Source of the DNA: a virus
Reading direction: 5' to 3' (one strand)
IMG/VR virus record: IMGVR_UViG_3300043435_000886
Length of the DNA: 64,000 nucleotides
Shown here: positions 8,801-19,200 of the stretch, piece after piece
How the letters are laid out: each line of letters begins with the position of its first letter
Numbering within the stretch: the first letter of the stretch is position 1
The notes under the pieces: generated by a model
Database searches by the model: none
What the model was told of the DNA's origin: nothing
The model's input: only the letters and a program-made list of their open reading frames with translations
Position numbers and translations under genes: made by a program

Positions 8801-10315
8801 ACTGTTATTAGTTAACTTTTCAATGTAATCCGGATTAATTACTTTTTGAGTACCCCCTTCAGGATTTTTGTACTCAGTATATAAAGCATTTTCATCTATT
8901 TTAAAATTAGCATCTAAATCTTTCTTTAAATTATTATAGTCTTTCCAAATACTAGCTAATTGTTTTGGGGTATCGTAGTTTTTGTAACTATAAAGAGAGG
9001 ATGCACCTCCTCCCATTAGTCCCCCAAGTATCCATGACATTTGACCTTCTTCAGTTGTAAAAGATTTACCGAATTCTGAAGGTACACTTCTTGTAATGAA
9101 ATCTAACCAACCTTCTCCAGAAGCTACAGTATCTTGAGAACCTTTATTGAAAGCATATTGTAACCCTTCTTCTCCACCTTCAAACACGGCATTCTTACCA
9201 AAAGCTGTTATTACATCTATAGCTTTATCATATTTACCTACTTTATCAGCACCGGCTCTAAAATATTTACTTACTGCTCCACTATATTTACCAACAGGAG
9301 CACCTAATTTAGGTAATACTTTATCAAATACACCTAACATTTTAACATTCTGTATATAATCAGGTAATGATAATGCAAGATTAGCCATGAATGACATGTT
9401 AGCTGCTTGTTCAGCTTCATTTTCTGAATAACCGTTTTGCAGCATTTCATCTTTAGTACCTTGTCTTTCCAGTGCAGTTTCACCAAACCTACCAATTAAA
9501 GTAGAAGTAAAACCAGTAACTCCATCTGTAATTTTTTTAGCTCTAGCTATTTGAGCTGCTTCAGCTGAAGCTGTTTGACCTGCAATAGACATAGCTTCTG
9601 CACTAGCACCGTAACCGGCACCACCCATAGCTTTATTAATAGATTTATAAAAAGCAGTTCCTGGGCCTAATTTTCCAGCAACAGCTGTTGCTGCTTTAGC
9701 TCCACCAAAAAGAAAACCTAATCCTTGAGCAAATTGATCTAATCCACCTAGCCCTGCATTTCTTGCTACTAACCCTTCTTTATCAGCATCTTCAGTATAA
9801 ACAGGAGTAATCTCATCTATTAGTTCTTTAGTTTTACCTAATGTTTTAAATATTAAGTTATCAGATATCCAAGCAATAGGGTTATCATTATCAACATCAT
9901 CAGTAGCATTGTATAAAGCTTGACCAACACTTGCTAAAATCATTGCAGCTGCTCCATAAGGGTTAGCTACCAATGCAACTGGAGCATAAGCTGCCCCTGC
10001 TGCAGTACCAAAATGTATAGCAGTATTAACTAAAGCTAAAGCATCAGATTGTTTAGAATCACGGTATGTATTAATACCTTTATCTAAATCATACCCTGTA
10101 ATACCTTCATCATAAACAGAATCATTTGGAAACTGTTGACCTACACCTCTAGCTACTCCAGCAAATGCATTAGATTGATTAATAGCACTTCTTGCTCTAG
10201 CATAATCATAAGCAGCATCAGCTCTTTTACGTCTAAGTTGTAACTTAGTACCGTATCCTTGTTGTATATGGTCTTGTGTTTGACCTAACAAATCTTCAAT
10301 TTCTTCGTCTTGCAT
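5819..10315 (-). CDS. Giant virion internal or ejection-type protein (1498 aa) with Gly/Ala-rich hydrophobic, glycine-zipper-like segments
   Basis: 1498-aa ORF. Contains segments such as TAIHFGTAAGAAYAPVALVANPYGAAAMILASVGQALY and LGFLFGGAKAATAVAGKLG. Followed by a hairpin plus T-run on the minus strand. Confidence 0.45.
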   Translation of the reverse strand: MQDEEIEDLLGQTQDHIQQGYGTKLQLRRKRADAAYDYARARSAINQSNAFAGVARGVGQQFPNDSVYDEGITGYDLDKGINTYRDSKQSDALALVNTAIHFGTAAGAAYAPVALVANPYGAAAMILASVGQALYNATDDVDNDNPIAWISDNLIFKTLGKTKELIDEITPVYTEDADKEGLVARNAGLGGLDQFAQGLGFLFGGAKAATAVAGKLGPGTAFYKSINKAMGGAGYGASAEAMSIAGQTASAEAAQIARAKKITDGVTGFTSTLIGRFGETALERQGTKDEMLQNGYSENEAEQAANMSFMANLALSLPDYIQNVKMLGVFDKVLPKLGAPVGKYSGAVSKYFRAGADKVGKYDKAIDVITAFGKNAVFEGGEEGLQYAFNKGSQDTVASGEGWLDFITRSVPSEFGKSFTTEEGQMSWILGGLMGGGASSLYSYKNYDTPKQLASIWKDYNNLKKDLDANFKIDENALYTEYKNPEGGTQKVINPDYIEKLTNNSQLESVKEYARGQNNEELYNAAKNKQILNEALFNLSVGEYDNYKAKLQKTDITLDELKAMKALQQNKKLSEVEVTPKDLEEFKKESAEALKISEDFKKSYETALNLPGFANLSKPAMMKFADILASQKAINSELSKIKPEILPALEEYAAAHQEVYFPKDTRRTKAGNPDLRVKENKEAFKNQALTTTLDALEDPIEKANLQNQYDKYKELNVTNKQLIQQYKDILEDPAKLERQVQAEKLNEFKAEMQSKIDETKAIKDLNYKFKAKHSAKNPHTIQVTDAEGNVKEYITTVVDGVHKIIEVATGKEVTMEELGNDYTISPTKTDLSEFDEEEDEEGDKPTYNPRTESAPKKTSFFASTGSVWRFIRGKGYDLNEEGDYILNGENEDLSRFMANPENTPGVSFEGKPAKTFSWQLDVSEVPNESMLQEIADEVNSKRNAKYNKPLTVADLKTNPAYRLIKMTLYENGKPVTRNGKAITCFMHDINYYNETVEYDQIEKNDKLTREEKEAQHEANRIKLIEQRKFIIDTILKNSKPMYSPVVSKSGGILSRIPNINGKHPNKNIIGRVVKNLKSLVEHSSIIPIKGSMKLVPGLGTVQNVTENGDGTYSVTVKYIKKDGNEFQTEEFVTSNPNFKRGYLVFNDIKANGESEVIMPFYKNEFSDEDLNGLVDSLHYFVTKQSNKITLNGKEVNLFSSGFVKDGVDSKDRPKGPGIIDSLLNIYGKSTGTNSKKRVNVFFEDGQYKLKLGYKVVDPATVTKADIIKFFNDNHPAGLRYQLKNYAASSFKDGFSFPKSVSEDGVAEGTPYESYLNFLFDSDSPRIGTDVSKEFKFSNAYMVLGTEGDNVMLSSSPTVQAQPKAPDKPKPKPKPNDTPVFTEESILKRIKLQDEKLLKELTDEELIYIVSKHYTAIGESIVLFIPRAEAVKKFTEVYGSINPGVPATDMIAAQNPEAHNEFIKKIRFVQIDPIKTKEEVTDKVCDAGNPTKDVNDFGF

Positions 10316-12201
10316 TATTTTAATATATGGGGGTCAACAACATCGTTTAACATGTCAATTGTAAATTCAACTGGATTAATACCATCACCTAAAACATAAT
10401 CTTTAGTTTTCTGTCTATTACCATTATTATCTACATTAATAACTGATATTCTACCAGGTGAAGGGACATATTTAGTCTTACCTGAAGCATCTTTCTGAGG
10501 TATCATTCTAGCACCTTTTTTATTTACAACAAATCTAGTAACACCTAAAGTCTGACCGGTTTGTGGATCTAAATTAGGTATTTCAACATCACCGTAAGTT
10601 GTAGCTTTAGTAGGATCAAGTAAACCTTGAACAACATTTTTAACTGCTTTCATTCTAATTTGAGCATAGTTGTTTTCATTTTCTTTTCCACCTACATCAC
10701 CTAAAGCAGTTTTGTAAACTTTATCTCCAGTTCCAATAGTTATTTCACCTGTATACGGCACCATAGTAAAACTACCACTCTTCCAAGCATCTTCAATTAA
10801 AGAAGGGTCAGTAATACGATTACCTTCGTTATCATAATAAGGAGTATCTTTTAATAAAGCTTTTACATTAGCTGTAGCTGTTTCTCTTCTTCCTTTATCA
10901 GCAATAGTATATTCAGTCATTAATACTTTAGAAGCATTTACTTTTTCACCTTGGAACTTATTAAATATTTGTTGTTGAGTCATTTTATCACCAGCATACA
11001 TCTTTTGGTAATAAGGTGGAACAAGAGCATCAAAAGCATTAGCAGGAGTACCATTTTTTTCAACAAAATCATGATAAGATTTTGAGTTAGCAGATGCACT
11101 TTTTTTAGAAAAAGATACTGAATTAAAAGAACCATCAGGATTAAAAGCAGTTGAATTAATATCTTTAGTTTGATTATTAATATCTTCTACAGATTTATCT
11201 ACAGCTACTTTATTACTTATACCAGCAAGAGCATTAGGATTAAATAAATCTCCAGCACCAAATCCGGCCATGTAAGAATTAGTAGCATTAGCATCAAAAG
11301 ATGCACCTGAAGAATATTGTTCAGAAGTGTAAGCAGCTTTATTAGACCATGCATTAGCAGCATTATCTAAAGTTTGCTTTTTAATCATTTCTTTAACTTG
11401 ATTTCTATCAGAACCAGGATGGTTTTTCATGTAAATATCAGTATCTCTTTCAATCATAGATTGAATTGGAATATTCTGTTGCATCATATCACTAATACCT
11501 TTATGTACTTCGTTAAAATCTACTTTTTCTTTCATTACACCTGTTTCAGTATTATAAACACCGGATTGAATAGCAGTATCACCGTTAGGTAGTTTTTGGC
11601 CTGCTTGAACAAGTTTCATATTTTTAGATTCTTTACCGTATTTATCTGCTAACCAACCACTTGCATATTGTTGATAAGCAGCATTTACATCAGCATCAGC
11701 AACAATTTTAGGAGCTGTTATTGGTGTAAAGTCAAAAGTATTTCTTTCAGCATCGTAACCAGTTTTATTTACCATGTCATTTAACATATCAATATAATAC
11801 TGTTTAGTTTCGTCTTTACCTAAAGCTTGATTTAAAGAAATCTTTTCTTTAATATCTTTTATAGCAGTAGCTCTTTCTTGAAATTGTTTTAAATTAAAAG
11901 CAGCATTATTAGCCATAGACATAGTTTTCCAACCTACATTATGTAGTTCATTGTTTTTAATCATTTCATCTACTTGAGGTTGAAATGCACCAACATAGTC
12001 TTTTACTTTTTGCCTTTCTAATGGGTCAGCTATTTGTTCAGCTTGTTTTGCTAATTCTTGAAACTTAGTCAAGTTTTCATATGAAGTGTCATATCTTTTT
12101 TGCAACGTGTCTGAAGTTTGTTGCAGTTGTTCTAATGGAATTTCACTACCTTTAATCTTAATATTAGGATTAACGTAAGCATCTTCAAATTGAATAGGCA
12201 T
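10315..12201 (-). CDS. Virion structural protein (hypothetical, 628 aa)
   Basis: Long ORF; its ATGA stop-start overlaps the next gene. A TACTTTTG -7 box lies 24 nt upstream of the start. Confidence 0.5.
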   Translation of the reverse strand: MPIQFEDAYVNPNIKIKGSEIPLEQLQQTSDTLQKRYDTSYENLTKFQELAKQAEQIADPLERQKVKDYVGAFQPQVDEMIKNNELHNVGWKTMSMANNAAFNLKQFQERATAIKDIKEKISLNQALGKDETKQYYIDMLNDMVNKTGYDAERNTFDFTPITAPKIVADADVNAAYQQYASGWLADKYGKESKNMKLVQAGQKLPNGDTAIQSGVYNTETGVMKEKVDFNEVHKGISDMMQQNIPIQSMIERDTDIYMKNHPGSDRNQVKEMIKKQTLDNAANAWSNKAAYTSEQYSSGASFDANATNSYMAGFGAGDLFNPNALAGISNKVAVDKSVEDINNQTKDINSTAFNPDGSFNSVSFSKKSASANSKSYHDFVEKNGTPANAFDALVPPYYQKMYAGDKMTQQQIFNKFQGEKVNASKVLMTEYTIADKGRRETATANVKALLKDTPYYDNEGNRITDPSLIEDAWKSGSFTMVPYTGEITIGTGDKVYKTALGDVGGKENENNYAQIRMKAVKNVVQGLLDPTKATTYGDVEIPNLDPQTGQTLGVTRFVVNKKGARMIPQKDASGKTKYVPSPGRISVINVDNNGNRQKTKDYVLGDGINPVEFTIDMLNDVVDPHILK

Positions 12202-12218
12202 ATTTTGTTTATAATAAA

Positions 12219-12240
12219 GTATTACAAAAGTAACGAATTA
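12219..12240 (-). promoter_or_regulatory. Internal promoter candidate: TACTTTTG -7 box within TTACAAAAGTAACGAAT, 24 nt upstream of the 628-aa gene start
   Basis: 17-nt motif shared with 5791-5813 with one mismatch. Bacteroidetes sigA -7 consensus TAnnTTTG. Confidence 0.45.
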
Positions 12241-12243
12241 AAC

Positions 12244-12280
12244 TAAAAGAAAAAATCCTGTAGTTTCCTACAGGATTTTA
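12244..12280 (-). terminator. Rho-independent terminator after the 975-aa gene (AAAATCCTGTAG-gaaa-CTACAGGATTTT followed by TTCTTTT)
   Basis: 12-bp perfect stem, T-rich tail on the minus strand. Confidence 0.6.
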
Positions 12281-15208
12281 TTAAGCTTTTTTACGTTTTG
12301 GGTTATAAAGTTTAATATTTACTTTAGTTCCTTTTGAGTCATCTCCTCCTGGTATATCTGTTCCAGCACTACCCCATGCTGAACCTGCTGCTCTTGGTAA
12401 AGATAAATATTTATTCATGTTTTTCTCCTTGTTCCAATACTTGTACCATTCAGAAGCACTTTTTTTCACTTTACCTTCTTGTTTTTCATTATAGTTAATT
12501 GTTTCATCAACATAAAGAGTATCTCCTACTTGTTTTGAGTTAAATTTACCTAATGAATTTCTGATGTTTTTTGTATCATTCCATTGATCTGAAACTTTAT
12601 TCATCCCTTTATCATTGTACTGGCTGTAATCAGTTACACTTTTATATTTATTTGAAAGTTCAAGTATTTTTTGTTTTTGACTTTCTGTAAAATCATCTTC
12701 TGTGACTTTAAAATTAGTACCTAATTGATTATTAATAATATCTTTAGCTTCTATTCTTAAAGAAGTCGGTATTGCATATTTAGTCCCATCTGATAATTTA
12801 TTTATAAAATTACTAACTTCTTTTTTACCTTTATTTGTAAACTTATTAGAAGCTTCGGTAACTATTTTAGAACCAATACTTAAATTTGTTTTAACCTTAT
12901 CTTTTAAATTTTCAGCTTCTGAATTAAATTTAGATACTGCTTCTTTACCTCTTCCTATGTAATCTGGAGATACAGCATTGTTTTGAGCTAAACCAAAAGC
13001 ATTAGGATTAAAAGAAGGTTTCTTTTTAACTTGAGCTAATTCAGTAGGTACAACATCAGTATTATCAGAAGACATATTTTGTATAGCTGTTTTAGGGGCA
13101 TTTACATTTTTACGTATTCTATCAGCATTAACTACAACTTCTCTATTAGGATTAGCCCATGCTTTTTGAGGCCAAGGACCACCTGGTTGTTGAGCTTCTG
13201 TTTTAAGTTTAAGTTTTTCTACATTAGTAGGAGCAGGTTTATTAATACGGTCACCTTTAATTACTACTTCACGATTAGGGTTTTGCCAAGGTTTTTGTGG
13301 CCATGGCCCTGATTGATTAGCTTGAACATTAGGTTGATTTGGAACATTACCTTTCCATTCAGAAACACCTTTACTTAAATCATAACGTTGGTCAGCTTTA
13401 GGTTTTTGCATCTCTGTTTGAAATTTAAGATGATCATTTATCATGTCATCCATATTGGTAGCTGGAGAATTAAACTTACCGTCTTTAATACGTGAATTTA
13501 TGTACCCAGTATCTTTTACAGCAGGATTAACAGCAGGATTAACAGAAGGTTGTGTGGAAAATGAAGCTACTTCTTTAGCTTTAGTAGAACTTGTAGGTTT
13601 ACCTTCTAAAGCTTTTTTAGTTGCTTCTTTCTGTGATTTAGTAGGAGCAGTTCCAAGTGTTTCTTTCCATAATTGAGCAGCATATAAATCCTTTTCACCT
13701 CTAGGTAATACTTTATAATCTAATCCAGTTATTTTAGATTTAAAAGTATTTTGTGTTGGTTGCCCTTCTTTGTTTAAATAAGAAGCATATTCAGCATCCA
13801 TTTGAGCAGCTCTGTCTACAGTTTTATCTTTTAATACAGAATCAAGTTTTTGTTTAAACACACTACCACCATCAGCATACTTCATACCACCCATAGCTTT
13901 TACACCTGCCATAGCTCTGTCATATTCTTGTTTAGTAATTTGACCTTGTGCTAACATATAATCAGCAAGAGGTTTATTACCTTTAATTGCATCTCTGTTT
14001 ACAGTAGAAACATTAGCGTTAGCCATAATACCAGCAGCATCTAGTTGATTCTGTCTATTAGTCATGTTATTAAATACATCATTAGTCAACTGAGTTTCAT
14101 TAGCTATTGCTGCATTTCTTTGTTTAGCTAACCATTGATTATAGCCAAATTCATTAGCCATGTTTTCCTGAGCAATTCCAGCATTAGTTAACTGAGATTT
14201 CATAGCGGCTTCTGCTTGTCTTGCTTTATATTCATTTATTAACCCTGTATTTGTATTTTCTTGACCTTGCATTACTTGCCCTCTTCTTTGTAATTGTTGA
14301 GCACGAATAGCACCTAAGTTACCAAGCATAGCTGAAGTATTACCTCCACTTAATCTTAAACCTTCTCTAGCAGCAGCAGCATCAGCATTTAATGCATTAA
14401 GTTCAGCAGAATAATCTACTTTATCAGGAGCAGCTCCTGCTGAAAGATAAACGTTATTTAATACATCAGGTCTATCAACATTATTAATGTTTCTATTTTG
14501 TCTAAAAGTAGAAGCCATGCCTGAACCTAAAGCACCTACTTCTCCCCATCTTTTAAATCCTTGTTTAGGTGCATTTCCACCAGTAGCAGTATTTGCACTA
14601 TTTAACTTCTTAACTCTTTCTTGTTCAGCTTGTACTGCTTTATCATCTAAATTCATGTAGTTATAATCATAAGGATTTGTATAACCACCGGCTTGAATAA
14701 AAGGAGTAGGTATGTAAGAAGGTTTTTTTTGTAATGCTTCAACTTTAGGAGTGTAGCTAGGTTTATTGTCTAAAAGAAAAGGTTGAGCAAAAGATTGATT
14801 GTTTTGATTTCTAACAAAATCTACTGCTTGAGGTATTTGTTGAGGAATAACTGTTTCTTCTATTGGAGGATTTTTAAAAGGGTCTTTATCACCTCCACCA
14901 AAATACTTATTTAAATAACCACCATAAGCCATTTCAGGTTGACTCATAGGTAAACCTTCAGGTTGCATTGGCATTTGTGGTTGTTCCATACCTTGCATTG
15001 GTTGTTCCATAGGCATTTGAGGTTGTGGATTTTCAGCTTCCTTCATTGCTTCTTGTTTAGCAAATAGATCATCTAATTGCTTTTCAAGTAACATAATAGT
15101 ATTATCTCTAGCTTGAGAAGCAGGTCTACTTTTAGCTTTTTCAATTAAAGCTTGAAGAGGTTTTGCTACATCAGCAAATGTTCTAAGTTTGTTAGTTTTT
15201 AATTTCAT
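12281..15208 (-). CDS. Virion structural protein (975 aa) with a Pro/Gln/Met-rich low-complexity segment and an internal tandem repeat of about 40 aa
   Basis: Low-complexity run QPQMPMEQPMQGMEQPQMPMQPEGLPMSQPEM. Repeated units GPWPQKPWQNPNREVVIKGDRINKP and GPWPQKAWANPNREVVVNADRIRKN. A terminator hairpin follows the stop. Confidence 0.5.
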   Translation of the reverse strand: MKLKTNKLRTFADVAKPLQALIEKAKSRPASQARDNTIMLLEKQLDDLFAKQEAMKEAENPQPQMPMEQPMQGMEQPQMPMQPEGLPMSQPEMAYGGYLNKYFGGGDKDPFKNPPIEETVIPQQIPQAVDFVRNQNNQSFAQPFLLDNKPSYTPKVEALQKKPSYIPTPFIQAGGYTNPYDYNYMNLDDKAVQAEQERVKKLNSANTATGGNAPKQGFKRWGEVGALGSGMASTFRQNRNINNVDRPDVLNNVYLSAGAAPDKVDYSAELNALNADAAAAREGLRLSGGNTSAMLGNLGAIRAQQLQRRGQVMQGQENTNTGLINEYKARQAEAAMKSQLTNAGIAQENMANEFGYNQWLAKQRNAAIANETQLTNDVFNNMTNRQNQLDAAGIMANANVSTVNRDAIKGNKPLADYMLAQGQITKQEYDRAMAGVKAMGGMKYADGGSVFKQKLDSVLKDKTVDRAAQMDAEYASYLNKEGQPTQNTFKSKITGLDYKVLPRGEKDLYAAQLWKETLGTAPTKSQKEATKKALEGKPTSSTKAKEVASFSTQPSVNPAVNPAVKDTGYINSRIKDGKFNSPATNMDDMINDHLKFQTEMQKPKADQRYDLSKGVSEWKGNVPNQPNVQANQSGPWPQKPWQNPNREVVIKGDRINKPAPTNVEKLKLKTEAQQPGGPWPQKAWANPNREVVVNADRIRKNVNAPKTAIQNMSSDNTDVVPTELAQVKKKPSFNPNAFGLAQNNAVSPDYIGRGKEAVSKFNSEAENLKDKVKTNLSIGSKIVTEASNKFTNKGKKEVSNFINKLSDGTKYAIPTSLRIEAKDIINNQLGTNFKVTEDDFTESQKQKILELSNKYKSVTDYSQYNDKGMNKVSDQWNDTKNIRNSLGKFNSKQVGDTLYVDETINYNEKQEGKVKKSASEWYKYWNKEKNMNKYLSLPRAAGSAWGSAGTDIPGGDDSKGTKVNIKLYNPKRKKA
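13120..13330 (-). repeat. In-frame tandem direct repeat (about 120 nt, 40 aa) inside the 975-aa gene
   Basis: ggccaaggaccacctggttg at about 13181 vs ggccatggccctgattg at about 13301. Protein repeat GPWPQK(P/A)W(Q/A)NPNREVV. Confidence 0.55.
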
Positions 15209-15215
15209 TGTTTTA

Positions 15216-15824
15216 TTATTTACCAGGATAAATTAATCTGTCACTAAATATTCTTGTACCTGAAGGTAAGTTTGTTTTAATACCACCGTTATTATGTTTA
15301 GGGCCTTTAAATTGTATATTCTGACCATTAGGAGTAATAGCTGATTCTCCACCTTCAACTTCTTCTTGAGGATTAGGGTGGTTTCTTGATATAGTTTTTA
15401 AACCACCTTGAGCATATAAACTTTGAGTATTAGTTTTAATACCTAAATTAGAATTATCACTTCTACCCATTAAAGAAGCATAAGCTAATTGATTACGTTT
15501 AGTTTGTTCAAACTGTGCTTGTTTAGCATCTTGTTCTTCTTTATCATAATAACCTTTAACTGCACCTCCAAGTAAACCTACTCCACCACCAATAGCTGCA
15601 CCCCAAGGACCAAACATAGCACCCATTGAAGCACCTTGAGCACCATAGTTTAAAGCTTCAGATAACATAGGATTGGTATTTTCATCAGTAAATCCTTGAG
15701 CTATATTTAAAGCAGGAGCAATCATATTACCATTTTTAATTCCGGCACCTACTTTTGTATCACCAAAAGCATGAGTAGGTATAAATTTACCATTTACATA
15801 TTTGTATTTAGGTACGTTTTTCAT
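15216..15824 (-). CDS. Gly-rich hypothetical virion protein (202 aa)
   Basis: ORF containing GPWGAAIGGGVGLLGGAVKGYY. Confidence 0.5.
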   Translation of the reverse strand: MKNVPKYKYVNGKFIPTHAFGDTKVGAGIKNGNMIAPALNIAQGFTDENTNPMLSEALNYGAQGASMGAMFGPWGAAIGGGVGLLGGAVKGYYDKEEQDAKQAQFEQTKRNQLAYASLMGRSDNSNLGIKTNTQSLYAQGGLKTISRNHPNPQEEVEGGESAITPNGQNIQFKGPKHNNGGIKTNLPSGTRIFSDRLIYPGK

Positions 15825-16210
15825 TACTTTAAGTTTTTAAGTTTATACAATGTTGAAAAAATCAAAGTTTTAACTTCATCCATCTGATTTTGTAAATCCG
15901 AATAAGTTGTTGTTAATCTAACTTGCTCTACAAAAGTAGCTAATTTAATTAAATAATTAACAGGGGTAGAATCATTTATGGTTGGTTCAGGTATATCTAT
16001 TGAGTTATTTTCCCAAGCAGATGTTTCAAATAAAGTATCAGCTAAATCTCCTACTGTTTCATAATACTTTTGAAGAGCTTTATGTTCAGAATAAGATTTA
16101 GACTTTAAATGAAATTTATGTATAACTGTTACAGATTCAAGTAGTTCTGCTATTAATTGTGGTATTGTGTTCCTAGAAGTACTAGGTTTAACTCTGTCTT
16201 TTAAACTCAT
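15824..16210 (-). CDS. Hypothetical protein (128 aa) with a weak Dps/ferritin-like helical motif (IHKFHLKSKSYSEHKALQKYYETVGDLADTLFE)
   Basis: Start/stop overlap with neighbouring genes. The motif resemblance to Dps HWNxxGxxFxxxHE...DxxAER was read by eye only. Confidence 0.4.
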   Translation of the reverse strand: MSLKDRVKPSTSRNTIPQLIAELLESVTVIHKFHLKSKSYSEHKALQKYYETVGDLADTLFETSAWENNSIDIPEPTINDSTPVNYLIKLATFVEQVRLTTTYSDLQNQMDEVKTLIFSTLYKLKNLK

Positions 16211-19200
16211 CTTGTGTTTTTAATATATGTTGATGTTGTTTCTAATAATGTTAATTTGTAATTATAAATTTGTTTAATAGATATGATGCTACATGTAGTT
16301 GTATTATCACCTATATAAACAGGATTAATTGCTTTTAATGTGTAAGTTATACCATTTACTTTAAGTACCTGAGCCATAGATACGTAATCAGCTCCTCCAA
16401 AACCTGCATTGTCAACATTTAATAATACCCAATCTCCTACTTCAAAAGTAATTACACTATCAAAATCCATTATTAAATAGTAATCTGAAGCTACATCTTC
16501 TACTTGTTTGATACTTGATTCTACAATATCAAAATTTAAAAATACAGATGTTTTAAAATTATCGTATTTAAATCTTACAGTAAACCAATTATCTACAAAT
16601 CTTTTTAATTTACTCCAATGTTTACTTACATTAACTGCACTGAAAGGTAAATCCCAACTTTTAATTGATTGGAAAATATTACCACCATTATCAAAATAAT
16701 CTCTAAAGTTATTTATAGACCAAAAACCTTCAAGATTTCTAGCTGTAGTTAAGTTAGTTAAAGCTGATTCTTTAGATAGTTGGTAACTATTATAAGCTTG
16801 ATAACTATCAAATGTTTGTAAATACTCTTGACTTTTTTCAGTAAAATCAGCATTGTATTCAGCTACTTTAGTTTTAAATTGAACTGATTTAAATTGTTTT
16901 ACACTATCCGGGTCAGGGTTAAATATCATTTCTAAAGTAGCTATTTCAGGTAAACCTCCATAAAATATAGGTAATACATGTTTATTGTGTTCATAAATAC
17001 TGTATCTATATGAAGAATATAAAGCATCATTACTGTTAAATAACATTTCAGGGTAAAAAGTATAGAAAGAACCCCAAGATTCATATTCTGGATAATAAGA
17101 TATAGTCCAGTTAATAGGATTAAAATAATCTCTATTACCATAAGATAAAGCTGTAAACGAAGATGTTAAAGTAGAGTATTTTTTAAATTCACCATCTACA
17201 AAATAAATCTTATTGTTAGTAAGAGTAGCTCCCCCTAAATCAGTATAAATACCTAAAAAATCAGTTATAGGAAAAGTTTGGCTAAATTCTAAATCTTGTT
17301 TAGATAAAATTATTCTTTTGTAAATAGGGTCATAACCAGATTTTAAACCTATATGTACAGAATCTAAACCTACTAAAGGTAAAGATTGTTCATCATATAA
17401 GAAATTCCAATTTGCTAAATCAGTAGGTAAATTACTTGTAGTAGCTTTAGCTTGATAGTATCCTTTGTTATGTCTTACAATATTTCCAGAATTATAAATT
17501 CCAGGAACCCATAAAGGTATTACTTTATTTAATCTATCTACAACTAAACTATAAAACTTTAAAGGTAACTGATCTCTAAAAAAATAAAACATATCATCTT
17601 TAGAAATTTCTTTTAGTTCACCGGCTTTTAAAAATACTTTACCTCTATTTATATCTACATAAAACATTCCAAATGGAGTTATGTTAATTGCCCATTGTGA
17701 CATTGTTCCACCAAATCCACCATCTACTGTAATTAAATCTTTAGGGACAACAGCAAATATATCACCGGCACCTACATAAGATTCAGAATTTTGTGTAAGT
17801 ATTCTTTCTCTACCCAATGTTTCTTTGATAGTATTTTCAAATATAATATTAAGTTTATTATACAATGCTCTCAAAGCCCATATTGCACCTTTATCTTTAG
17901 ATAAATCTAAATAATCATTAGCTAAAACAACACGGTAGTTATCATAAATAGATTCTACATTATCTTTAGCTGTTCTAAGTACTCTAGTAGGAAAAGAAAA
18001 TACACTAGTTATAGGTAACATTTCACCTATAGCTGGTTGATGTATTTCATTAACAGTATTATAAGCTTTGTTATAAGAATAATAATTAGGTTGCCCATTA
18101 GGTATTAATGGTGTATTAACAAGAAAATTATTAGCGTCAGAATTAAAAGGAAAATAACTGTCATATTCTGACGTACCTCTATTACGATAATTAATATTAG
18201 AAACAGATTGACATATAAAATAATGAAGCATTCTTATTTCAAAAGCTTGCCATTTATGATTATAAGCCATAGCAAAATTCCAAATACCTGATAAATCACA
18301 ACAAGACCTATAAGCATAATAATTACTAAAAGTATCTCCTCCAAATATTGTAGGAGAAGCAGGTGAATAATTAAATGAACCAGCTTGTGCTAATTCTAAA
18401 CCATCGAATCCTTGGTATATATCTGATTTAAAACTACATAAATTAACTAAATAAATATCAGCGTCTTTTTGCATTCCAACTGTACTAAACTCTTCATGTA
18501 CTTGGTCATACATTGGAATGTTTAAAGGATTAGATATACCATTCAATTCATTTTGTAATTCCATTAAAACTACTTTATCAGCTCTATAATGATAAATAGA
18601 TTTAGAAGTTCCGTAAACACTTGCGTTAACTTGTACTTCAGGTCTGTTAGCATTAGCACTTGGATCAAACGATTCAAAAGGATATGTAGGAGTAGAATCA
18701 ATGTAATTGTATTTTAGTACTTTACGATTAAAAATTTCAAAATCACCTCCAGATAAATCTATCTGTGTTGATAAAGTTTTATCATCTAATCTCCATTGAT
18801 GTGCAATTGATACTACACCACCGTTAGTAGGAGGACCAGGATTAGATGCACCTGATGAGTAAAGGCAATCGTAAAAAGTAGTAATTTTATATAACACATT
18901 AACATGAGAAACTGTTGGTAAAGAATCAGTAGCTACTACATCAAAAGGTGAACTTCTAATAAACTTTTTGTTAGAGTTTATTCTAGTTATTATTGTACCA
19001 CCACCACCAATTCTAACACGTTGACCTTCTAATTCAACATTACCTCCTACATGAGTTACAAAATCTTCAGATTCTAGAGAACCTGCTGTAATAGAATTAC
19101 CTGAAAAATTTAATAAAGTACCATCATGTAAAACTAAAGATTGTCCTATAATAACTTTATCTTGTGATCTTTGTTTGGCGTAATATAAATTTACTTTTTT

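Noticed and set aside
5819-10315. RNAP beta-subunit-like motif GKHPNKNIIGRV (cf. GRHGNKGVVSKI) in the 1498-aa protein
   Set aside because: It is an isolated short match. The flanking sequence does not continue the beta DPBB pattern (no NPLGVPSRMN-like segment), and the protein is otherwise Gly-zipper, cargo-like. It is likely coincidental, though profile search could revisit it.
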